From: Azolla caroliniana
Taxonomy: Eukaryota > Plantae > Polypodiophyta
Assembly (NCBI GenBank): GCA_043228905.1
Contig: JBHGNT010000752.1
Location: 1-16,326, forward strand
Reading direction: 5' to 3'
Length of the DNA: 16,326 nt
Position numbers and translations under genes: made by a program. Shown here one piece after another: positions 7,818 through 16,326 of this stretch (the stretch's first letter is position 1; each line of letters opens with the position of its first letter). The notes below the pieces were generated by a model, which was not told the origin of the DNA, did no database searches, and saw nothing but the letters and a program-made list of their open reading frames with translations.

Positions 7818-7829
7818 GCTCTGATACCA
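7818..7829 (-). promoter_or_regulatory. PBS (initiator tRNA-Met) of Copia B
   Basis: Minus-strand TGGTATCAGAGC, 3 nt after the LTR end ...TCCTATCA. Confidence 0.95.
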
Positions 7830-7832
7830 AAT

Positions 7833-8366
7833 TGATAGGAATATGCGGAATATTGCTCGGCCACAACCGAGTCTTAGGATCAACCACTGAAAAAGATGGG
7901 AATAGGAAGAAATGCACGTATACACACAAACAGTAGAGTAAGAGAAAATACACAGGATGTTTACGTGGAAAACCCTAAACGGAAAGAAACCACGGGAGCC
8001 CACTAGCTCCAACTATCACTATGTAGGGGGAATACAATAGGCGGAGCACAGAGGCAACGACTTCGTGCTCTCAATCTTTGGCTGATGGCAATTACAATAG
8101 AGACACGTTTTGTATCACTCTCTCTCTTTCTCTCTCTGTTACGCTCTGTACAGTAGTTACACACAATAACTCTATGCAATGATAATGACAACCACACAAC
8201 CAAGAGTTTGCCCTAGGTCATTTTTATACTAATATGACTTTCGGGCTATTTACAAATATAGCCCTAGTGGGCTCTTTGGAACATATTTACATATATGTCC
8301 CTTCATCCGGTGAGAGGTTCTCACCAGGCCTTCATCATCCCATCCGGAGGGACCGAAATCCTAACT
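7833..8366 (-). repeat. 5' LTR of Copia B (about 534 bp)
   Basis: Minus-strand termini (A)GTTAGGA...TCCTATCA, with the first T mutated. The C RT frame KGFQQK breaks exactly at 8367/8366. TATAAAAA-like box near 8222..8229, and homology to the LTR of C. Confidence 0.82.
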
Positions 8367-9430
8367 CTTTTGCTGAAAGCCTTTCACGACAATTTGTGCT
8401 TTGTACCTGGGTGGATTTCCGCATATCCCGGTTTCAACTTGTATACCCAATTATTATGTAGTGCCTTCTTACCTTTCTGCAACTCGGTCAATTTATATAT
8501 GTGGTTCTCATGCAAGGAATCCATCTCCTCTTGCATAGCACTTAACCACATTTGGCTATGGGTGTCCCTCTTTGCTTCTTCAAAGCTTTGCGGCTCCCCC
8601 TCATCGGTTAGCAGTACACGCACTTCATCCAGAAATCTTCGGGGAGTGCCTTCATTCTCTTAGGGTATATCTTCGGCCTCTATTCGGCACGGTCAATTCT
8701 TCTTTGTCTTCTTCAGCTGAGTCAAATTTGACTCCTCGTTCGGTCGGTTCCCCTTGTTCTTCAGTGTTCTCGATTTTGCCGAGTATTAAATTGGCTGACT
8801 AACTTGTATTCGATTTCAATCGAATCGGCTTCTACTCGATTCGGTCGAGCATTGACTCGGCTCAATTCGGTAGTTTGAGGCTTATTCTCAATCTCCCAAT
8901 CGACAATCGTCTTCTCTTCCATGAAGACAATGTCTCGGCTCCTAATCACCTTCTTCTTGGCCAAGTTCCATAGCCAATATCCAAATTCATCATCGTCGTA
9001 GCCGAGAGATATACATGGCTGATATTTTGGGTCCAAATTTCCCCTTTGATCTTGAACTACATGCACATAGGCAAGACAACCGAACACCCTTACATGTCAA
9101 TACAAGATGTCTTTGCCGCTCCACACCCTCTGTGGATTATCACTATCCAAGGGTATTAAGGGTGACTGGTTTGTCACATACGCTACCATCATCGAGCCGA
9201 CCGGCTGATATCAAGTTAAGTCCATTTTTTCGGAACGTGCCGAACATCTCTCAACACTAGTCTGCACTTGGTCGATGTTATCAGACACACATCTCCAATC
9301 CGACAATTCAGCATGCTCCTTCATTCCCTATTTTTACAAGACTGTGGTGTTAGGTGTTGTATGATGAGAAGCACTTTCGGTCGGGGGTTAGGTGAATTGA
9401 TGCACCCCAATCGACCACCCATGTCGATTC
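8367..9430 (-). pseudogene. pol: pol remnants of Copia C: protease, integrase C-terminus (core deleted) and RT N-terminus
   Basis: WVVDWGASIHLTP (about 9421..9383), then LRDVRHVP..LNLISAGRLDD, joined at about 9185 to AYVTNQSP..RVWSGK..FGCLAYVHV..KKVIRSRDIVF. Followed by VLLTDEGEPQSFEEA..WLSAMQEEM..YKAQIVVKGFQQK. Confidence 0.9.
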
Positions 9431-9846
9431 TTCGCCGACGAGATTGACCTCATTTTGTTCACTAATGAACAACAACTCCTCTTCACTCGCGGTGATGGCT
9501 AACGTGCTCTTTCTGTCCGGAATTTTCCTCGGCTCTACACCATCAACTCCCCCTTTCTCCTTTCAAAAGTGTTGGCAGTTCTTTTGGAAGTGCCTCGGCT
9601 TCCCACAATAGAAACATGTGGGCCTTCCCTTCGGCTTCGACCTTGTCCCCAACTTATCTCGATTCTAGGGACCTCGATTTTGGCCTCTTCCTCGATTCGT
9701 GTCACTTTCCGTGACAAGGGCCTTCGGGTCGGTATTGGACTCTTGGTCCTTTTCACAACTTCTTCATTCAATAAGTTCGACTTCACCTGCTCTAGGGATA
9801 AGTGTTTCCCTTTTGGTCCCGCGTTACCCAATGTGACAACCAACAT

Positions 9847-10628
9847 TGTCGTGCCTTTCGGTGCCAGATCGTTGCGTGAGTCGGGTGGGAACCGTTGAGG
9901 TTTTGGACTAGGAAGAGGAAGAATTTGAGATGAGTTTATTTATGAATATGAATAGATTATAAGAAAGAGATAGAAAACTTGTGAATCCCACAAGTATAAT
10001 GTATTTTATTAATCAATATTTAGATAAGGATATGAATTTAGATTGAAAGAGAAGAATATAGAAACCTCGTGAATCCCACGAGTATAGTTTATTAATCAAT
10101 ACTTAGAAAAATATCCAATTTCCAAAGATTTTCACCCCATAATTTATTTATTTATTTATTTTTCTGCTTATTACATTATGCTCCACATCCTATATAGTGA
10201 TAAGAGAGTCTTAGCAATCCATGCTTTTTCTCTAACTATGGACTCCATGCTTTCTCTATGAATAGAATATATGCTTTCTCTAAGATGCTTTTTCTAAAAG
10301 TGATCATACGTTTTTTGTGAACTATAGTGTTCATGCACACTAGATGTGTATGTGTAGCTTTTCCTTTTATCATGCATTTTCTTCTAACTAAACCTTTTTC
10401 CTAGAAAATATGCATGAGATAAGCTTTCTATGTGGGATATCTAGTTTTTTAACACTTATGATGTATTAGTATAATGGTAAGGCTCCAAATTATTAACATG
10501 GAGTTACAAGGTTTGAATCTTGCCCTATGAATGTAATATATATTTTTATATTTTCTTCTATTTCTTCATATTTATTGAATCTAGTACTATATACGTTTTT
10601 CACGTAGTGTACAAAATACACTATGACA
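9847..10628 (-). mobile_element. Element D: solo LTR (782 bp) of a Gypsy subfamily related to element A
   Basis: Minus-strand termini TGTCATAGTGTATT...GGCACGACA. The U5-side 80 bp closely match A's LTR, and it shares A's hairpin motifs and A/B boxes. C gag is continuous across it. Flanks ACAT (9843..9846) and GTGT (10629..10632) look like a decayed 4-bp TSD. Confidence 0.92.
10467..10547 (+). promoter_or_regulatory. tRNA-like A box, B box and T-tract in solo LTR D (antisense to the LTR)
   Basis: TAGTATAATGGTAA at 10467..10480, GGTTTGAATCT at 10510..10520 (43-nt offset) and TTTTT at 10543..10547. Confidence 0.6.
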
Positions 10629-11085
10629 GTGTTTCCCAACTGTCCGGAAGGGATCCTAGCAACAATAATGCTAATACCTCGTTGGCAAGAGGTACTCCCA
10701 GAGAGGTGGTTTGGTTCATCAGTCCTTGGAAGGCATTAATATGCTCCGCCATGCTGGAGTCGTCTTGATTTTTCTGAAAACTAAGACTCTGTTCACGCCG
10801 TTCTTGTTTTCAAACATCACACCAATGTTTTTCCATAGGACATCAACCTTTGTTTCTTCACCGAAGTTGTTGTACAGACTCATGTCTATAAAACATCTTA
10901 TATATGTGGTCGCCTTCAGATGCAACACTTCGCAAGTCGCTGCATCAATCTTGTTTGGTCTTTTATCTCCGAACTACACTGGCAGCTAGAGGTCTTTGCA
11001 CACAAGCATGTCTCTCATCTTCGACTTCCACATTGAGTAGTTGGAGCTGGTAAGTTTGAGCATGCCACTGAACGAGTCTTCCATC

Positions 11086-11097
11086 GCTCTGATACCA
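11086..11097 (-). promoter_or_regulatory. PBS (initiator tRNA-Met) of Copia C
   Basis: Minus-strand TGGTATCAGAGC, 3 nt after the LTR end. The gag ATG follows after a single base. Confidence 0.95.
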
Positions 11098-11100
11098 CTT

Positions 11101-11538
11101 TATTAGAATCTGCACTGGCCACAGACGGTTGTGCGTACGTATCCGGGTGCAAAGACCGAGATAAAGTGCAACAACAAGAAAAAATAGAAAACAAGAAAAT
11201 AGAGATATTTAATGTGGAAAACCCGAATCGGGAAAAACCACGTGGATTCCACTAACTCCAAACAGATCACTATAAGAGAGGTGGTACAATAAAGAACTCG
11301 GAGGCAACAACCCTGAGATCTTCTTCGTCTGTTTGACGGTTACAGAGTTACACTTACATACACACTCTCTCTCTCACACACACACAATTACAAAGACAAC
11401 TACTATCTGTGTCACTGTACAACTAATAATGATCAACTACCTCACTTAAAGTTTTCCCTAGTTGTTTATATACTAAACCAACTTTCTGGCTATTTACAAG
11501 TATGGCCCACAAAGGGCACACTTGGACTATTTACAAAT
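11101..11538 (-). repeat. 5' LTR of Copia C (partial, with the U3 side displaced by Copia E)
   Basis: Shares the blocks GTGGAAAACCC..AAACCACG, CCACTA.CTCCAA..ATCACTAT, GAGGCAAC and GGCTATTTACAA with the LTR of B. Contains a (CT)n(CA)n tract. Homology ends abruptly at TTACAAAT|TGTTGAG. Confidence 0.85.
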
Positions 11539-11952
11539 TGTTGAGCGGCAAGCTCAACTGGAGCTGGATTGACTGAATAAGCCTGAGCCGGCGAGCGAGA
11601 TGGATCGGTAAGCTGTGAGCAACCGAGCCGGCAACCAACAAAGCCGGTGAGCTGGGGAGCCGGTTAGCCGGATCTAATCAGTAACTGGAAGCCTAGTATT
11701 AGTGTAGACTACTAGGCAATTATAGTCTTGTAGTAAGTGTCAGATGCTCGTGTGAGCATTGAAGTATGCGGTACTTCTATCAGCCCCACGAGGACTTGTA
11801 TAAATAATGCTACTGAGCATAGTTGTATTAACAGAGTGATTATATTGTTTTTGAATATAGCTTTTATGTTCTGCTCTCTCTGTCTCTCCCGTGTACTTTG
11901 ATTATTCCCTAATTTCTCTGTTTTCTAACGCTTCTGCAAGTAATCATTGACA
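11539..11952 (+). repeat. 5' LTR of Copia E (about 414 bp)
   Basis: Starts TGTTGAG and ends ...TTGACA just before the PBS. TATAAATA at about 11799..11806 and a CT-rich tract at about 11870..11890. Homologous to LTR G. Confidence 0.83.
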
Positions 11953-11964
11953 TGATATCAGAGT
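11953..11964 (+). promoter_or_regulatory. Decayed Met-i PBS of Copia E
   Basis: TGATATCAGAGT versus canonical TGGTATCAGAGC (two transitions). Confidence 0.85.
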
Positions 11965-12059
11965 GCGAGGGTTGAGAACCTCTTCTGCAGCCGACAAACG
12001 CTTGAAAGCAAACCCTAACAGGTCGTAAAATAGCAGACAAAGAAGTGATGGGTAGAGGG

Positions 12060-15000
12060 ATGGCTAATTCGCTCCCTGTGGAGAAACTCGACAGATCCAA
12101 CTATGCATCTTGGTCGTATAAGATGCACCAGTACCTGCTTGGGCATGGCTACTGGAGTTTCGTCGAAGGAGCCAACGAAACAATAGCTGATGTGGCACAT
12201 AAGGACTTCCCAGTGTGGGAACAATTGGCAAGAAGAGTGATGTACTGCTTCGCGTCCAGTGTCGGAGACCAGCTACTGAGCCACATCCGAGACACCAAGA
12301 CGCTGAAGGAGGCTTGGGGGAACCTGAAGAAGGTTTTCACCGCGAGCACTACAACCCTGAAGCTGCAACTCCCATAGGAGTTGAGCAATGTCTGACAAAA
12401 GGACATGTCGGTGGTGGATTACACGGCCCGGATCAAAGAGATCTGTGACTCGCTTGCCTTTATCAACGTTACCGTAGAGGAAGACGAGATGGTACAGGTC
12501 TATCTTGGGGGCCTGGCGTCTAAGTTCAGAGCATTCCGAACGGCGGTGTGTACAAGGGAGAATACCCGTCATTTTTCGACTTATAGTCGATGCTCCTTGT
12601 AGAGGAGAACCACGCCGGTGCGTCAACTAGCGCACCCACTGACAACCGGATGCTGTACACGGAGGAGAATTGGTCCCGTGGGCGTGGTGGATGAGGCGGG
12701 TCGGCACGCAATGGAGGCGATAGGCAAGAGCAAGAACGAAGGCACAGAGAACGTGCCGACAGCAGTTCCAAGACTCCCATAGGTAGGGGGAGTCATGGCG
12801 ACACCGGAAGACGACAAGAGAAGTCAGCAACGGAATGCTGGTACTGTGGCAAAAAGGGCCACAGAGAAAGAGAGTGCTGGAGAAAATGAGCCGATTCGGA
12901 CAAATCCAGATCCGGCAAGGCCGACAAGGATGGTCGGCAAAGCTCGCACTACGCGAAGGGATCGGAAGGATCCAAGAACGGTAAAGGGCCAGCCTTGGTA
13001 ATGAAGCACGAGGCGAACTCGATGAAGAAGACCACTTCCAAATCGGAGGAAGTGTGGTATGTTGATTCTGGTGCGTCGAACCACATGACGAGCCACAAAG
13101 AGTGGTTCTCCTTTTTGGAGAAACCGGACCAACCAGGAGTAGTCGAAATCGGAGACGACACTCCTCACCCAATTGTGCACATCGAAGAAGTCCATTTGAG
13201 CCACATCGGACAAAAGGGGAAGCTGATGAACGTATTAGGGTGAAAGCATGCGAGTGGAAACAATTAGCTATGTCCTTGACATAGCTAATTAGCTATGCAA
13301 AAAGCTACCATTGATAAATAGTCATTTTAGTAAAAAGCCATCATTAATAAATTAAGTATGCAAAAAACTACCATTGAAAATACTAGAGTGTTTTAATTAC
13401 ATATGTAAATGAGTGCCATAAATGTGCAATCACGAAGAACCTGGTGTCGGTCGGATAGATCGTCGACCAAGGGATGCAGGTGTGGTTTACGCACCTTGGG
13501 TGCTTCATCGAGGAAGAGGGCTAGATTATTGTGCAAGGGGGCAGAGACGGGAGGATGTTTATCCTCGACACCAATGACGTTGGCACCTCTGTGTTTGCAA
13601 AAGGACAGAAGGTCGAATCGGACATCGACCTGTGGCACAAGCGGATAGGCCACGTCAATTACCGGAGGCTTCAAGACGTGCAAATGGAACAAGTTGTTTT
13701 TGGTTTGCCGAAGTTCAGCGGCCGGAAGGCCCAAGTATGTGAAGCCTGCCAACTCGGGAAGCAACACCAACTTCCATTCCCTATCGAACGTAACCGGAGC
13801 CGTAACAAGCTCGACCTAATCCATTCGGATGTGTGGGAACCAACATAGAATGTTAGTCTTGGCGGGAATCGATATTTCGTCTCCTTCATTGACAACTATA
13901 CGTGGCACACATCGATCTACCTCATTGAGCGGAAGAGTGAAGTCTTCGAGTGTTTCTGGAGTCTCCAAAGCATGGTGGAACAGGAATCGAAGAGGAAGAT
14001 CAAATGCCTGCGGTCGGATGGTGGGAAAGAATACCTTTCCGGCCAATTCAATAGTTATCTGTAGAAAATGGGAATTCGGCGAGAGTTCAGTTGCAGATAC
14101 ACACCGCAACAGAACGGTGTTGTCGAGAGGAAGAACCAGTTGCTTATCCATGCGGCAAGGGCAATGTTGGCGGAGAAGAGCATGTCCAAATTCTACTGGG
14201 CGGAGGCAGTCTGAACGGTTGTCTACATCCAGAACCAGATCGGTGACAAGGTGTCAGCTCACGAGCTGTATTTCGGGCGGAAGCCGAATTTGAGACACCT
14301 TAAGATCTTCGGTAGCATTGCATATGTGCATGTACCGGATGAGAAGCGGAGGAAGCTGGATGCAAAATCGGAAAAATGCATCCTAATTGGCTATGCTCAA
14401 GAGCAAAAGGGTTATAAGTGTTATAACCCCCGGACAAGGCAGGTTCGAGTTAGTCGAGATGTCGAGTTTGATGAATCGGCATCGTGGTACTCCTTACCGA
14501 CTGCGACTTCCGAATCTGACCCGATGCCAGAGGATGAGGCTAGTGAGCCTAAACCGTCCCAGGTAGAGGATGATGAAGCATGGACTCAGGATGAAAGTCT
14601 GGAATCGTTCCGGCTGAGCGGGCCGAACGAGAGACTGAGTCAATCTGACTAGTCCGATCAGGAACTGGCGAGTAGTGGAGACTCTGTCGTGCATTCCCCG
14701 CGCAAGGAACCGAGGAGACGGTTCACGCGCAAAGAGAAGGGGAAGAAGAAGATTCCGGAATTCGAAACTAGAACCGATGAGTCGGATTGGTGTGCATCCA
14801 ACTCTGGCAAGGAGAAAGGTGGATCTTCGGCAAGGAAGACCGAACCGGCCAAGAAGGGCCTCAAACCGAGTAACGGTGAGTTACGCTGGTCCACCCGCCA
14901 GAAGGATCCCGTCATGCGGTACGGGTACAATGAGTACATGGCGCATCACTATGCCTACAGGATTAAGGTGGCGGAGGTGCGTGAGCCGGAGAGCTACGCA

Positions 15001-15984
15001 GAAGCGGTCAAGGACGCAAATTGGCGTGCCGTTATGGAGGAAGAAATGCGGGCACTTGATGTCAACACGACATGGGAACTGGTTGAACCTCCTCGTCACT
15101 GTAAACCGATCGGATGCAAGTGGATATACAAGGTAAAGTACAACGCCGACGGTTCTGTTAACCGGTATAAAGCCCGGTTAGTGGCGAAGGGATATGCGCA
15201 GACCCATGGAATCGACTACGATGAGGCCTTCTCTCCTGTAGCGAAGATGACAACGGTTCGAGTGGTGTTGGCGGTTGCTACGGCAAGGGGGTGGCATCTT
15301 CATCAGATGGATGTGAAGAATGCATTTCTTCAAGGTGATCTTGCAGAAGAAGTCTTTATGACTCAGCCTCCCGGTTTTCAATCGGAGATGAACAAGTCAG
15401 CAGTATGCCGGCTGAAGATGTCGTTGTACGGCCTCAAGCAAGCCCCTGGAGCTTGGAATGCGAAGATCATGCACCGGTTGCGTAAGATGGGGTTTGTGGC
15501 CTCCAAATCAGACTGTTCATTGTTCATCCGGCAAGGCTCAGCCAATCTGGTATGTATACTATTGTATGTTGATGATCTAGTCATCAATGGACCGGGTGTT
15601 CCAGAAATGAACCGCGTCAAGTCCCAGTTGTTGGACGCATTTGAGATGAAGGATCTGGGGAACCTTCATTATTTTCTAGGGATCGAGGTGATCCAAATCC
15701 CGGATGGCATATTGCTCTCACAACGACATTACGTCTTGAATATGTTGTACAAGTTCGGCATGACAGAATGCCGACCTGTATCCACACCCTTGGACCGGAA
15801 CCAGAAGCTTTGTCCCAACTCCAGACCGGCCTGCAACAAGCAACGGTTCTGACAAATTTTCAGAAGCCTTATTTACTTGACTATCATGCAACCCGACATC
15901 AACTATCCGGTCGGAATGATAAGTCAGTTCATGCAGACGCTGACCGTGGAGCACCTTCAGTGCACGCAAAGGATATTGCGGTAT
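12060..15984 (+). pseudogene. gag-pol pseudogene of Copia E
   Basis: Gag MANSLPVEKLDRSNYASWSYKM and zinc knuckle CWYCGKKGHREREC (about 12836..12877). PR WYVDSGASNHMT. Pre-integrase LWHKRIGH..CEACQLGKQ. INT LIHSDVW, LRSDGGKEY and TPQQNGVVERKN. SH3-like KLDAKSEKCILIGY. RT HQMDVKNAFLQG, SLYGLKQA and LLYVDDL. Multiple stops and frameshifts. Confidence 0.95.
13238..13426. mobile_element. Element F: 189-bp AT-rich insert, possibly one end of a non-autonomous DNA transposon
   Basis: Interrupts LMNVL|(HVPT)|ITKNLVSVG in E, with about 10 bp of E missing. Begins TTA|GGG and contains a hairpin, a palindrome and three repeats of about 26 bp. No second TIR or TSD found. Confidence 0.55.
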
Positions 15985-16326
15985 TGTAGAAAGTAACGTG
16001 CGGAAGCAAGTATGAAGACCGAACAGAAGGAAGGAAACTCAGGTTCAATGGAGAGCTTGAGCTTACACGGTATACGCGGGAGAGACAGAGAGAGTGAGAG
16101 AGAGAGAACACAAGAACTATATTCAACAAAAACAATCTCTATTCAGCACACTCTATACAAATGTGTGTTCAATGAACACTTTTATACAAGTCCTAGAAGG
16201 ACTGACAGAAGTACTGACAGTACTTCAATGCTCATTAAGAGCTCCTACACTAACTCCCAAATATATTCCTCACGGAATATCTTTCCTAACGACCTCCCGG
16301 TTTACGCACTCGGCCTAACCGATTGG
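15985..16326 (-). mobile_element. Element G: partial LTR related to the LTR of Copia E, in opposite orientation and running off the window
   Basis: E's frame QRILRY breaks at GGTAT|TGTAGAAAG. The minus strand reads TGAGCATTGAAGTA..GTACTTCTGTCAG..AGGACTTGTATAAA..TTGAATATAG..CTCTCTCTGTCTCTCCCG, matching 11753..11891. Confidence 0.85.

Larger units (their letters stand above)
1..8366 (-). mobile_element. Element B: degenerate Ty1/Copia (Tork/Tto1-like), 5' part only, interrupted by element A and continuing left of the window
   Basis: 5' LTR 7833..8366, Met-i PBS 7818..7829, and gag at 7803..7310 resuming at 230..1. Confidence 0.92.
9431..11084 (-). pseudogene. gag: gag of Copia C, split by solo LTR D
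   Basis: MEDSFSGMLKLTSSNYSMWKSKMRDMLVCKDL*LPV*FG...DSWET | LVVTLGNAGPKGKHLSLEQVKSNLLNEE, and zinc knuckle TCFYCGKPRHFQKNC at about 9620..9575. Confidence 0.9.
8367..11538 (-). mobile_element. Element C: older degenerate Ty1/Copia related to B, interrupted by B (in RT), solo LTR D (in gag) and Copia E (in its LTR)
   Basis: LTR part 11101..11538 and PBS 11086..11097. Gag, PR, INT C-terminus and RT N-terminus occur in Copia order with many stops and frameshifts. Confidence 0.92.
11539..15984 (+). mobile_element. Element E: degenerate Ty1/Copia of a different family, cut by LTR G before RNase H
   Basis: 5' LTR 11539..11952 and decayed PBS 11953..11964. GAG-PR-INT-RT order with many in-frame stops. 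Confidence 0.94.

Noticed and set aside
7310-11538. B+A and C+D as a tandem segmental duplication
   Set aside because: The insertion points differ by 22 bp, the orientations are opposite, the LTRs are diverged, and B's LTR interrupts C's RT cleanly.
12627-13213. Minus-strand ORFs of 181 and 129 aa
   Set aside because: Antisense shadows of Copia E gag and protease.
13294-13382. CRISPR-like array
   Set aside because: Only three degenerate units with 3-7-nt gaps, no spacers, no cas genes and a eukaryotic context.
16080-16107. (GA)n and (CT)n/(CA)n tracts, also at about 8118..8137 and 11359..11386
   Set aside because: Ordinary low-complexity parts of Copia LTRs, not independent features.

Overview
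No host gene is visible. The whole window is a nest of plant LTR retrotransposons, probably from a non-seed land plant such as a bryophyte (inferred from the element types). (A) A young, apparently intact Ty3/Gypsy element lies at 235..7309 (+). It has 701/704-bp LTRs differing by 5 substitutions and one 3-bp indel, a 4-bp TSD GCGT, an 18-nt tRNA-Trp PBS and no chromodomain. Its gag-protease ORF joins RT-RH-INT through a G_GAU_UUU -1 frameshift site followed by a predicted pseudoknot. (B) A sits in the gag of a minus-strand Tork/Tto1-like Copia (1..8366). (C) B sits in the RT of a related, older Copia (8367..11538) that has lost its integrase core. (D) C carries a diverged solo LTR of A's lineage (9847..10628) in the same gag motif, 22 bp from the site used by A. 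(E) C's LTR is interrupted by a third, degenerate plus-strand Copia (11539..15984+). (F) E contains a 189-bp hairpin/repeat insert, and (G) a related LTR cuts E at the right edge. The most notable signals are an antisense tRNA-like Pol III cassette (A box, B box, T-tract) conserved in all three Gypsy LTRs, two independent Gypsy insertions into the same Copia gag spot at CpG-centred 4-mers, and the protease/RT frameshift cassette.
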